Positions 8,495 to 17,598 of a stretch of 40,192 bases of DNA are shown here, piece by piece. Source of the stretch: Anaerolineales bacterium (GTDB lineage Bacteria > Chloroflexota > Anaerolineae > Anaerolineales > E44-bin32); NCBI GenBank assembly GCA_036477195.1, contig JAZGCZ010000080.1, forward strand, positions 1-40,192, written 5' to 3'. The number at the start of each line of letters is the position of its first letter. The first letter of the stretch is position 1. The notes under the pieces are model-generated. The model ran no database searches. It was not told the DNA's origin and saw only the letters and a program-made list of their open reading frames with translations. The position numbers and the translations under genes are program-made.

Positions 8495-9499
8495 ATGTCC
8501 GTCCGCTACCTCATCATCGGAGGGCTACGGGAAGATTATTGTATCACCCACGATGGTCAGGCTCGATCGGGCGTGCTCGGCGGGAACGCCGTGTATGCAG
8601 CCACGGGTGCGGCACTGTGGTCGGACTCAGTTGGGCTTCTCGGCCGCGTGGGCTCCAACTTCCCAACAGAGTGGATAGAGCAGATCGCGGAATCTGGACT
8701 GGATACGACCGGCATCAAGGTACTTTCTGATCCGCACGACACCCGAACCTTCTATGCCTATCTTTCCCTCGAGGAACGAGTTGATACAGATCCAAACTTG
8801 CATTATCAACGAGCGGGGATTCCCGTCCCGAAAGCGTTGGCTGATTACGTCTCCTCAACCGAGGGCCAGCGATCGAAAGATAGATTCGGACCGCTTGCAC
8901 TCCGGCCCGAGGACCTTCCAAGTGCTTCGGGAATGGCAGCGGCGGCTCACCTTGCCCCAGGAGATTACCTCACTCACAGCATCGTCCCAGCCCGATTGCG
9001 CGAGCTGGGGGTTGGCACGGTAATGGTTGATCCCTCTGCCCGATATATGGAGCCCGAGTTTCGAAAAGAGTTACCAGATCTCCTGAAAGGACTTGCAGCT
9101 TTCCTACCCAGCGAATCTGAGGCTACATCCTACTTTCAGCCGCGGCCGCCTGATCTCTGGGAGATGGCCGAGAGCCTGTCCGAGCTTGGCTGCCCGATTG
9201 TTGGCATAAAGCGCGGCGGGGCAGGAGTGTACCTCTGGGATCAGGTGAGCCGTCGGCGACTTCATATACCAGCCTATCCATCGCGAGTTGTTGACGTTAC
9301 GGGGGCTGGAGACGCCTTCTGTGGTGGATTCTTGGTAGGTTTGAATGAGACCGATGATGTTCTTGAGGCCGGCTTGAGAGGGAGCGTTTCTGCTTCGCTC
9401 GCAATTGAAGGCGCCGGCGCACTCTATGCAATGGGTGCGGCACCCGGTCTGCCGCAGGCTAGGCTCGAGGCACTTCGACCCATGGCGCGCCTGATCTAG
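8495..9499 (+). CDS. PfkB-family carbohydrate kinase
   Basis: GGNAVYAA..A, IKRGGAG, VVDVTGAGDAFCGGF signature. ATG 8495 avoids overlap with the divergent gene and follows TATAAT at 8483. Confidence 0.92.
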   Translation: MSVRYLIIGGLREDYCITHDGQARSGVLGGNAVYAATGAALWSDSVGLLGRVGSNFPTEWIEQIAESGLDTTGIKVLSDPHDTRTFYAYLSLEERVDTDPNLHYQRAGIPVPKALADYVSSTEGQRSKDRFGPLALRPEDLPSASGMAAAAHLAPGDYLTHSIVPARLRELGVGTVMVDPSARYMEPEFRKELPDLLKGLAAFLPSESEATSYFQPRPPDLWEMAESLSELGCPIVGIKRGGAGVYLWDQVSRRRLHIPAYPSRVVDVTGAGDAFCGGFLVGLNETDDVLEAGLRGSVSASLAIEGAGALYAMGAAPGLPQARLEALRPMARLI

Positions 9500-9501
9500 C
9501 T

Positions 9502-10602
9502 ATGGATCTTGATCGCTGGATCGAATGCACGCTCAACATTCAATCCATTCCTTCCCCGACGTTTGGTGAAGCTGAGCGAGCAGATTTCCTCAGAACCCGG
9601 TTCGAAACACTGGGCGTGACTCAGCTGGACCGGGATGATATCGGCAACTTGTTCGCCCGAATTCCCGGGGATAACGCCCCTCCACTAATCGTTTCTGCCC
9701 ATCTCGACACTGTATTTTCGGGACATACTGATCTGACCCACCGCAGAACCCGAACGCGGTTGATTGGTCCGGGTGTCGGAGACAATTCTGTGGCGTTGGC
9801 GGCGCTGGTGGAACTTGGTGAGGACCTTCAGAAGGTGGGTCTGGCAGGTGACGTTTGGCTGGTGGCTAATGTGGGCGAGGAGGGTCTGGGCAACCTGCGC
9901 GGAATGAGGGAGGTCGTGGCCAGGTTCGGGGAAAAGGTCACTGCGTACATTGTCTTAGAAGGGATGGCTCTGGGGCATATTTATCACCGCGCACTCCCTG
10001 TGCGAAGGTATCGCATTACATGTCGCACCGAAGGGGGTCACTCCTGGATTCATGCCGGCCGGACATCCGCCCTGCACAAGCTAATTGAGGTAGGGGGAAA
10101 AGTTCTAAACATGAGGGTCCCTGTTGACCCTCGCACGACGCTGAACATTGGCCGCGTTGAGGGGGGGCGCTCCATCAACAGCATCGCTGATCTGGCCGTG
10201 CTTGAAATTGACGTGCGATCAGAATCGGAGACCACTTTGAAGGAATTGGATAAGCAATTGAGGAATCTAGTCAGAGATGTCCGCCGTGGAGATGCGGAGA
10301 TAGAACTGACTCCAGTGGGATCCCGCCCGGGTGGCGAATTATCGTCCGACCACCCGCTTGTACTGGCGGCCCTCAACTCACTTGGAAAAACAGGCGAACC
10401 GGATGCATACCTTGAATTCGGCTCAACGGATGCCAGTGTTCCCCTCAATCGGGGCATTCCTGCGGTCTGCGTAGGGATCACGAAGGGCGGTGAGGCTCAT
10501 ACCATCCGCGAGTATATTGAGATACGGCCCATGCGAAGGGGTTACGCTGCGGTCCTAGATCTCATCGAAACTGCCTTTTCGCTTAACGGCAAATCGACCT
10601 GA
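9502..10602 (+). CDS. M20/M25/M40 family metallopeptidase/amidohydrolase
   Basis: SAHLDTVF, GPGVGDN, GEEG, GGHSW, GSTDA and AHT..E metal-binding motifs. Confidence 0.9.
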   Translation: MDLDRWIECTLNIQSIPSPTFGEAERADFLRTRFETLGVTQLDRDDIGNLFARIPGDNAPPLIVSAHLDTVFSGHTDLTHRRTRTRLIGPGVGDNSVALAALVELGEDLQKVGLAGDVWLVANVGEEGLGNLRGMREVVARFGEKVTAYIVLEGMALGHIYHRALPVRRYRITCRTEGGHSWIHAGRTSALHKLIEVGGKVLNMRVPVDPRTTLNIGRVEGGRSINSIADLAVLEIDVRSESETTLKELDKQLRNLVRDVRRGDAEIELTPVGSRPGGELSSDHPLVLAALNSLGKTGEPDAYLEFGSTDASVPLNRGIPAVCVGITKGGEAHTIREYIEIRPMRRGYAAVLDLIETAFSLNGKST

Positions 10603-10618
10603 ACGGCGCGGTGAATTC

Positions 10619-11368
10619 TCAGGGGGTCGGCGATGAGGGAGGACTGTCCTCGACTGAAAATTGGGACGATACAATCCAACGCCTCCCAAGAAACATCTGA
10701 ATCTCATATTTACCGGGGAGCCACCCCTCTTCGGGTCGACATTCCGTATAGCCGTATCCGCCGGTTCCTCCATCCCAAGGTTTTGTCTCTGAGCACACGA
10801 TCTGGGAATCTAAGTACCAAATTGCAGTCCAGCGCACTCCGTCATCCAGGAAATCGTACGTAAAAGCCCCGTACAGAATATCGATCGGATTTTCAAAACC
10901 TGTGTTCGGACCGATAGCTCGATTCAGAACATCCAAACTTCGACTGATCTCAATTGAGCTGAATACGGCCTGCGGGCGAGGTGTAATGGTCTCTCTGAAC
11001 AACACGGTCAAGCCTTCAGGGATTTCGGGAGAGGGGGTAACAGACGGAGTAGGTGTAATGCTGGCGGTAGAGGTGATGGAGGCTGTTGGAGTAATGGAAG
11101 GAGTTAAGGTCAGCGTCGGCGTAGAGGTTACCGATGGTTCTGGCGTGCTTGAGGGAATGGGTGTCACGATCACTGCCACGGCCTGCGATCCGAACAACCT
11201 TGTTATCAGTCCGAAGAAGCCCAGGGCAAATCCAAGCAGGATGAGCCGCCACCCTTCCCTTATTCGCAGTTGGCGGAGGCCAAAAAAGGGAATCTCCTGA
11301 GCTCCACGCAGCCTGCGCCATCCAAGCCAAAGAAATATGGGCATGGATAGCGAGAGCACGGCAACCAA
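10619..11368 (-). CDS. Hypothetical membrane protein with Thr/Pro linker and extracytoplasmic beta-rich domain
   Basis: Two N-terminal hydrophobic segments, TPSITPT repeats, C-terminal WDGGTGGYG...GKYEIQMF. The start may be further upstream (CTG 11398). Confidence 0.75.
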   Translation of the reverse strand: MVAVLSLSMPIFLWLGWRRLRGAQEIPFFGLRQLRIREGWRLILLGFALGFFGLITRLFGSQAVAVIVTPIPSSTPEPSVTSTPTLTLTPSITPTASITSTASITPTPSVTPSPEIPEGLTVLFRETITPRPQAVFSSIEISRSLDVLNRAIGPNTGFENPIDILYGAFTYDFLDDGVRWTAIWYLDSQIVCSETKPWDGGTGGYGYTECRPEEGWLPGKYEIQMFLGRRWIVSSQFSVEDSPPSSPTP

Positions 11369-11481
11369 GATGGCGATGGAGGAATCAATCGGTCCCAGGT
11401 GGAATTCTCCGATCGGCTATTTGATTTTAGACCGCTGAGATATGGGGCTGGCTGGGATCCAGAGACTTCGCTACGGCGTCG

Positions 11482-12585
11482 TCAGCGAACGGTAAAGTAG
11501 CTGAAATGGAACTGGATCTTGCCCTCTCTCAGACCCAGTGTATCGTTTCCGTCAATAACCTGTCCACGAGAGCTTTGCGCGGTCCAAGTGTAATGCCGAG
11601 TGCTCCCCGTGCCGGCCTTTCCGGTGATCATGAACTTGCCGTTGGGCAATGTTTCGTGGAATAGCTTGCCGTACCAATCCGCGATTGCCTGGCGCGAGAA
11701 AACTGTTCGCTTTCCAGTGACATGCGCTGCATTCTCGGCATATAGCCCAGCCACGAGGTCCCGGTCATGTTGGTTCAATCGTCCGATCAAGCGCTCTGGC
11801 ATGTCGGCCAAAGGAGGATCGGTGGGCCAGTCGAAATCTGACACAGCCCTCCAGAGATCATTGTAAGCAGGCCGGGTACCCACATCCCAACTCCAGGCAT
11901 TTGCGGCGCTGAGGCCCATTTCCTTAGCTTTCGCAAAGAAGCGCGTGGTCTCCTCCGCTGAGGGGCGCCAATCACCTCTTCCATAAATTGGAGCGGTAGG
12001 GATGATCGGCCGCGCTGGGTTGAGGGCCATATACTGTTCGACACAAATCTCAAGTTGCGTTTCGGGGTTGTGGCGTTGTTCGTAGTAGACCTGCGGCATG
12101 GCGTAATCGCATCCAGCAAGAAATTCAGCGAATGGCAATGTCCGATGAAGTTTAGGGAATCTGTAGGTGCTTAGCGCAATGGGCAGATCGGGTAGCGCCG
12201 CCCTGAGCTCATTCATGTATCGCGTGGCGGCGGTCCGCTTGCTGGTCGACTGATATTCGGCCTCGGCATCAATTACCAAACCATCCATCCCGAGCGCTTT
12301 CGTCCGCTGGATGGCAAGATGAGCCTCTCCAATCGGATTGCGGCCGCGGACATATTGCCAGCCCCATACTTCGATCCCTTCCTCCTTCAAGGTTCGCAAC
12401 ACTGGAGGAATCAGATCGACTTTGGTATTGGGATCAAGGTTATAGCTCCAGTAATCTCCATCCGCGATCTTAATGAGCACGTGAGACAGTCCAGCAGCCT
12501 TGGCTTTGGCTGCGATGACCTCAGGATCACCGCCGTCGCACTTCCAGAGCTGCCAAATAAATAACCCCTTGCCGCGCAGTGTCAT
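11482..12585 (-). CDS. Putative glycoside hydrolase-like (GH25-like TIM barrel) domain fused to C-terminal SnoaL/NTF2-like domain
   Basis: GLSHVLIKIADG, VWGWQY, LVIDAEAE (DxE), AMPQVY; C-terminal LNQHD..LVAGLYAENA...DGNDTLGLREGKIQFHF. Confidence 0.6.
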   Translation of the reverse strand: MTLRGKGLFIWQLWKCDGGDPEVIAAKAKAAGLSHVLIKIADGDYWSYNLDPNTKVDLIPPVLRTLKEEGIEVWGWQYVRGRNPIGEAHLAIQRTKALGMDGLVIDAEAEYQSTSKRTAATRYMNELRAALPDLPIALSTYRFPKLHRTLPFAEFLAGCDYAMPQVYYEQRHNPETQLEICVEQYMALNPARPIIPTAPIYGRGDWRPSAEETTRFFAKAKEMGLSAANAWSWDVGTRPAYNDLWRAVSDFDWPTDPPLADMPERLIGRLNQHDRDLVAGLYAENAAHVTGKRTVFSRQAIADWYGKLFHETLPNGKFMITGKAGTGSTRHYTWTAQSSRGQVIDGNDTLGLREGKIQFHFSYFTVR

Positions 12586-13748
12586 TGCGAATCCTCCACG
12601 GACCGCTTGCTCAAACTGTCCGCGCGCCTCAACGCCCTTTGCCCATATTTCTCCCGGATCTCGTCAACTGCTTTTAGCAATTTGTGGTCCTGCTCCCAAC
12701 TTTGATCAAACAGCTCGAGCTGGCGCATTGGAGGCCCCAAATCTGCGATACCGACCCCCAACAACCGTACCGCCTTGCCTGACCGCCAGTTGTCTGCAAA
12801 AAGTTTAAGAGCGGCGGCGTAGATTTCTCCATCCTGGTCTGTGGGTTGGCTAAGCCGCATTTGCCGTGTAAAGGTGGAGAAATCAGGCCATCGCAGCTTG
12901 ATGCGCACCGTCGAACCCACCATTCCTGCTCTCCGAACCCTGGTTCCCACTCGCTCACTTAGGTGAAGCAGGTGGCGGCGCAATTCCTGCATGGTTTCAA
13001 CATCCTTTGGGAAGGTCCTTTCGGCAGATACCGAGTGCCGATCATGCAGCTCCTGAACAGGTCGATCGTCTATCCCCTTTGCCTTTGATGCAAGATCCAT
13101 GCCTCGTGAGCCAAATAGGTCCTGGAGGCGAGGCTCAGGCATAGCTGCAAGATCCCCTATCGTTCGGATACCTAGTTTCGCAAATCGCTTCGACGACTTG
13201 GGTCCCACACCCCACATCATGCTCACCGGAAGCGGTGCCAGGAACGTTGCCTCCTTTCCAGGAGGCACAACCACGAGGCCCCTTGGCTTACCAACCTCGG
13301 TTGCGATCTTAGCGACAAGCTTATTCGTCGCAATTCCCCATGAAGTCGGCAATTTGAAACGTTCTAAGATTGCAGCTTGCATCTCCGATGCCGCTTGCTC
13401 CCCACCCCGTGGATCATCGCTGGCGTCCAAAAAGCCTTCATCGATCGAGATCTGCTGCATGACGGGAACTGCCTCGCGCAGGAAACGCATGACCTGACGG
13501 GAATGCTCGGAGTAATCTGAGTGGTTGGAGCTCACTACGATGAGGTCTGAATGCAGCCTGAGGGCGCGCGACATCGGCATCGCTGATTTGATGCCGTATT
13601 TGCGTGCGGGATAGGAGGCAGAGGTAACTACCCCTCGGCCTTCCGGGCTGCCTCCTACGACGAAAGCCTTGCCGCGCAAATCTGGATTGCGAATTTCTTC
13701 CACGGAGCAGAAGAAGGCATCCAAATCGACGTGGAGTATCTGCCTCAA
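12582..13748 (-). CDS. dinB: DNA polymerase IV
   Basis: ILHVDLDAFFCSVE, SASYPARKYG, SIDEGFLD, KLVAKIA..KPRG, VRLLGV. Confidence 0.96.
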   Translation of the reverse strand: MRQILHVDLDAFFCSVEEIRNPDLRGKAFVVGGSPEGRGVVTSASYPARKYGIKSAMPMSRALRLHSDLIVVSSNHSDYSEHSRQVMRFLREAVPVMQQISIDEGFLDASDDPRGGEQAASEMQAAILERFKLPTSWGIATNKLVAKIATEVGKPRGLVVVPPGKEATFLAPLPVSMMWGVGPKSSKRFAKLGIRTIGDLAAMPEPRLQDLFGSRGMDLASKAKGIDDRPVQELHDRHSVSAERTFPKDVETMQELRRHLLHLSERVGTRVRRAGMVGSTVRIKLRWPDFSTFTRQMRLSQPTDQDGEIYAAALKLFADNWRSGKAVRLLGVGIADLGPPMRQLELFDQSWEQDHKLLKAVDEIREKYGQRALRRADSLSKRSVEDSQ

Positions 13749-13943
13749 TTCAAACCTATCCCTCTGGATTAGACACGACCGGGTGAAGTAAGATTATGCC
13801 CGAAGGGGAGCGAAGGGCACCGAAGGGTATCGAAAGAGCATTGAGAAGCACGGTCGGGGGCATATAGGCACCTCACGGGCTTCAGAGAGCACCGTACAGG
13901 TGACGAAGAGCATCGCATAGGCATCCCCCGCGAAAGAGCATCA

Positions 13944-14162
13944 ATGGCGACACGACAAGAAGCCGCGCTGTCGAAACTGGAAAGCAATCCGAGAGTCAGT
14001 AGGATCCGACTCATTGTGGCTCATGATGCCTGTCCCGCTTGTCGGCGGCAGGAGGGCGAATATGACAAGGGGCATGTCCCAGAACTTCCTACGCGGGGTT
14101 GCTCTCATCCCCTAAAATGCCGCTGCTTTTACGAACCCACGCTAACCGAAATCTTTCCATAA
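13944..14162 (+). CDS. Small Cys/His-rich putative zinc-binding protein
   Basis: DACPAC...GCSHPLKCRCFY; 72 aa, divergent from dinB. Confidence 0.7.
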   Translation: MATRQEAALSKLESNPRVSRIRLIVAHDACPACRRQEGEYDKGHVPELPTRGCSHPLKCRCFYEPTLTEIFP

Positions 14163-14361
14163 TCAACCTAGATTAAGCAGCCGATAACGAGCAATCTCGA
14201 GAGCTTCGGCTTCGAACGAAGTTCCAGAATCAACCTAGATCAAGCAGCCGATTATGAGCAGACTTCAGAACTTCGGCTTCGGACGAAATTCCAGAATCAA
14301 CCTAGATCAAGCAGCCGATTACGAGCAAACTTCAGAGCTTCGGCTTCGGACGAAATTTCGG
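14161..14361. repeat. Three 67-bp tandem copies of the tRNA nucleotidyltransferase 3' end
   Basis: Units start at 14161, 14228 and 14295 (AATCAACCTAGAT...). The third is the coding end; the others differ from it at about 9 and 5 positions. Confidence 0.95.
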
Positions 14362-15676
14362 CTTCCACCTGCTTCTCAGCAATTGCTGCCAGCAGTTCTC
14401 CAATGATGGGCCCTGGACTTAGATTGAGCGCAGTTGCAAGCTCGTCCCCACGTAATAGTTGGAGAGGGTTCACGATCTGGTCCCGCTTCTCGAACCAAGC
14501 CTCAAACAGCCTTCGAGCAACACTGACCTGTACTTCCCACAAGTCTTGGGTTGGCGATTGTGCGAACGAGATCGCCAGGTACAGCATAGCCGCCTCAATT
14601 CCAGCCGCTCCGCAGTCCCGAAAGTAACGGTGTGCCGCCAGATCGGTAATCCTGCTCTCCATGGCACGTGCTCGGACGCGACAACGCGTGATAGACCGGG
14701 CCAGTGCGGCTTCTGCCTCGCTATAGCGCAATTCACGCGCACTCAAGTATGCAGACTCATGAGCGTTCTCGGTTAAGCAGTGCAATGCTGCCAGGAATAG
14801 AATCTGACTGGAACGGTGACCGCCCGTCAGGGTCGAGCTGAGGTGATGCGCTAAGCTAGACCGATAACGGCCGAGCTTCAAGGAAAGTTCGGCGAGGGGA
14901 AGATTTCCCACCCGGTCCGGTATAAACCCACCCGCCACGGCCCCCATAAATCCAGCCAGTTTGTCGACAACGCTCAAAGTACGATCCCATACATTGGACG
15001 TCAGCGCGGCTTGCTTTGGCAAGACACTCTGCAACAATTCCAAACGGCGCATAAGCCGCATGGCGGTGGCTATCCACTCGGGCTCGAGCATTTTTGAAAG
15101 TTCATCTCGTCGTCGTTCTGCCGCACAATCAGACAGACTGTCGGCAGATTGGCGAACCTGCTCCTTAGTTTGATTTTCAAGCCGTAGCGTCAGGCTGGCG
15201 GACAGGCGGATCGCCCGGAGCGAACGAATGGCGTCTCTTTTGATCGAGTCGGTCGCACAAGCCCGAAGCACCTTGTCTTTGAGGTCCTGAAGGCCTTCCA
15301 GAGGGTCGACGAGTCGATCCGGGTCGTCCAGGCCAACTGCCATCGCATTCATGGAGAAGTCTCTGAGTCGAAGATCACCCTCTAGCGTCGGCGCCCTAAG
15401 GCGAGCAAAATCGAGGGTTCGCTGCTCGGGAAGCATCACCCGCGCGGTGTCTCGCTGCTCGTCCAGTACGTAGCAGGGAACTGCAAGCGCGTCCGCCAGT
15501 TCCCGTGCAAGGGAAATGGCGTCACCGTCCACGGCAAAATCGAGATCAGGTTGATCTAGTTCGAGGAAATGGTCGCGCAGCGCGCCACCGACCAGCCAAA
15601 CTTGTTGATCGTTGGATTTCGACCGAATGAGGGCGGCCAGGTCTGATTGCAGGAGTTGTTCAACTAGCGTCGGCAA
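14297..15676 (-). CDS. cca: Class II tRNA nucleotidyltransferase (probably CC-adding type) with degenerate HD domain
   Basis: VWLVGGALRD..DLDF, RDFSMNAMA, DP..G..DL, DAIRSLRAIR, C-terminal GP.IG.LL..I. Start estimated at TTG 15676 (the ORF-track start overlaps hpt by 128 nt). Confidence 0.85.
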   Translation of the reverse strand: MPTLVEQLLQSDLAALIRSKSNDQQVWLVGGALRDHFLELDQPDLDFAVDGDAISLARELADALAVPCYVLDEQRDTARVMLPEQRTLDFARLRAPTLEGDLRLRDFSMNAMAVGLDDPDRLVDPLEGLQDLKDKVLRACATDSIKRDAIRSLRAIRLSASLTLRLENQTKEQVRQSADSLSDCAAERRRDELSKMLEPEWIATAMRLMRRLELLQSVLPKQAALTSNVWDRTLSVVDKLAGFMGAVAGGFIPDRVGNLPLAELSLKLGRYRSSLAHHLSSTLTGGHRSSQILFLAALHCLTENAHESAYLSARELRYSEAEAALARSITRCRVRARAMESRITDLAAHRYFRDCGAAGIEAAMLYLAISFAQSPTQDLWEVQVSVARRLFEAWFEKRDQIVNPLQLLRGDELATALNLSPGPIIGELLAAIAEKQVEAEISSEAEALKFARNRLLDLG

Positions 15677-16226
15677 ACTCGGAAACTTTATCGTGGCGAA
15701 GAACGCCGATGAAAGGCAGGTTGCGATAGTATTCATCGAGATCCAGGCCATAGCCGAATACGAACTTATTCGGAATCTCAAATCCACGGTAGTCGATAGG
15801 GACCTCGGACTCCCTCCGCTCAGCCTTATCCAGCAGCGTGCACACCTTCAAGGATTTCGGTCGGCGCAGATTGAGCAGCTCGAGGACCGAGGCGATCGTG
15901 TTCCCACTATCGATAATGTCCTCGACCAGTAGCACATTGCGCTCCGCGATGGAGGTCGTCAGATCAAGGGTAATCCGCACCTGGCCCCTTGTTTGCCGAG
16001 CGCCGGCACCGTAAGAAGACACGGCCATAAAGTCGATGATGTGCGGAACGGTGATCTCGCGCATTAGATCAGTGAGAAATAGCACTCCACCACGCAAGAT
16101 GCATATCAGCAGCAGATCCTGGCCTTCATAATCGGCACTGATTTCCAGGCCAAGCTCGCGGATTCGGTTCTGCAGCTGCTCCTCACTGATCAGGATCTCC
16201 TCCAAATACTCCTGGTAATCCATCAT
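15660..16226 (-). CDS. hpt: Hypoxanthine phosphoribosyltransferase
   Basis: [45 protein letters not shown]. Confidence 0.96.
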   Translation of the reverse strand: MMDYQEYLEEILISEEQLQNRIRELGLEISADYEGQDLLLICILRGGVLFLTDLMREITVPHIIDFMAVSSYGAGARQTRGQVRITLDLTTSIAERNVLLVEDIIDSGNTIASVLELLNLRRPKSLKVCTLLDKAERRESEVPIDYRGFEIPNKFVFGYGLDLDEYYRNLPFIGVLRHDKVSEFADAS

Positions 16227-16783
16227 TCGGGCAGCTCGTGGTGCTCGCGGCAGCGAGCTTCGTACAACTCGCTTGCGCCAACCACGATGATCGGGTCTGA
16301 GGCACGCGCAGGCGCATTGTCAATCAGACGTTGTGTCCGAGTGGCTGGCTTCCCGCATATCATGCAAATTGCATGCAGCTTATCGACCCGCTCCGCAGTC
16401 GCCATGAGTCGGGGCACCGGACCAAAGGGGTTGCCCCGAAAGTCCGTATCCAGACCAGCAACAATCACCCGCCTGCCTTCATCTGCCATATCTCGACAAA
16501 CTTTCAAGATCATGTCGTCGAAAAACTGGGCCTCATCAATTGCAACTACGGTCGTGTCTCCATCAATCTTCTCGGAGATTGCCTCCGCGTTTTCAATTGG
16601 CGTGGCTTCAAATTGTCCACCTGCATGTGAGATGAGCATCTCGGCGTCATACCGATCGTCGATGCTTGGCTTGAAGACCTGCACCTTCTGACGAGCGATG
16701 GTGGCGCGTCTGAGGCGCCGGATCAACTCGTCCGTCTTTCCGCTAAACATTGATCCCGTAATCACTTCCATTGAACCTGTCAA
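16223..16783 (-). CDS. tdk: Thymidine kinase
   Basis: [29 protein letters not shown] and YEARCREHH zinc site. Confidence 0.97.
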   Translation of the reverse strand: MTGSMEVITGSMFSGKTDELIRRLRRATIARQKVQVFKPSIDDRYDAEMLISHAGGQFEATPIENAEAISEKIDGDTTVVAIDEAQFFDDMILKVCRDMADEGRRVIVAGLDTDFRGNPFGPVPRLMATAERVDKLHAICMICGKPATRTQRLIDNAPARASDPIIVVGASELYEARCREHHELPE

Positions 16784-16804
16784 ATTTCACGTCCCTCAGA
16801 TACG

Positions 16805-16833
16805 AAAAAGGCAGGTGCCCAGGCACCTGCCTT
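16805..16833 (-). terminator. Intrinsic terminator after rpmE
   Basis: Minus strand AAGGCAGGTGCC-TG-GGCACCTGCCTTTTT. Confidence 0.8.
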
Positions 16834-16856
16834 GAGTTTACTTCAAAGCTGTAGCG

Positions 16857-17330
16857 TTAGACCTGTGGCTCCTCTGAGAACTCGGGCAATACGAAACCAC
16901 GCGATTTCATTCGGCGCTTTAGATCCGACAGGCTCTTACGCCCAAAATTATCAATTTCAAGAAGCGCCATGTCACCCTGCTTCATCAACTCCAGCGCTTG
17001 GCCCACCTCTATGATCCCTGCTTTTTCAAGTGCGGTCTGCGCTCGTTTACCGATCTCGAGTTCTAGAATCGGGGTGTCAGGAGAGCTCTTGGATGCCTCC
17101 CGATCCTTCGCATCCTGAATGTATCCTTCTCGGGCCTCCAGCTTGCGGTAGAAGCGATCGACCTGACCCTCGGTATCAACGATGCGCTGCTCCCCAGTGT
17201 AGAAGGGATGACAATCAGAGCAAACGTCGGTGTGAATCATTTCGACCGTGGAGCCCGTTGTCCACGTGTTTCCGCAGGAACAAACCACCGTGGCCTCAGT
17301 GAAGTACTCTGGGTGGATTCCTGGCTTCAT
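16857..17330 (-). CDS. rpmE: 50S ribosomal protein L31 (zinc type A) fused to an RNA polymerase alphaCTD-like domain
   Basis: [36 protein letters not shown], then [20 protein letters not shown]...[17 protein letters not shown]. Confidence 0.95.
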   Translation of the reverse strand: MKPGIHPEYFTEATVVCSCGNTWTTGSTVEMIHTDVCSDCHPFYTGEQRIVDTEGQVDRFYRKLEAREGYIQDAKDREASKSSPDTPILELEIGKRAQTALEKAGIIEVGQALELMKQGDMALLEIDNFGRKSLSDLKRRMKSRGFVLPEFSEEPQV

Positions 17331-17587
17331 TTGGCAGCCTCTAACACGTTGACCCGCTTCTTACCTCCGCGGGCGAAGTCATACATGACGGTGCCGTCGC
17401 GGGTGGCAAAGAGCGTATCATCCGAACCCTTGCCCACATTCAGCCCTGGATGGATGCGCGTGCCCCGCTGGCGAACGAGGATATTTCCCGAACGTACCAG
17501 CTGGCCGCCATATCGCTTCACCCCTAAACGCTGCGACTGACTGTCGCGTCCGTTGCGGCTTGATCCTCCACCTTTTTTATGTGCCAT
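17327..17587 (-). CDS. rpmA: 50S ribosomal protein L27
   Basis: [24 protein letters not shown]...RQRGT. Confidence 0.99.
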   Translation of the reverse strand: MAHKKGGGSSRNGRDSQSQRLGVKRYGGQLVRSGNILVRQRGTRIHPGLNVGKGSDDTLFATRDGTVMYDFARGGKKRVNVLEAAK

Positions 17588-17598
17588 CTGACAATCCC

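Noticed and set aside
13749-13943. LexA box upstream of dinB
   Set aside because: No GAAC-N4-GTTC-like site found by eye.
14161-14361. CRISPR array
   Set aside because: Units are contiguous with no unique spacers, match the adjacent gene end, and no cas genes are present.
15677-15787. Extended N-terminus of the nucleotidyltransferase
   Set aside because: Lies inside hpt and shows no family similarity.
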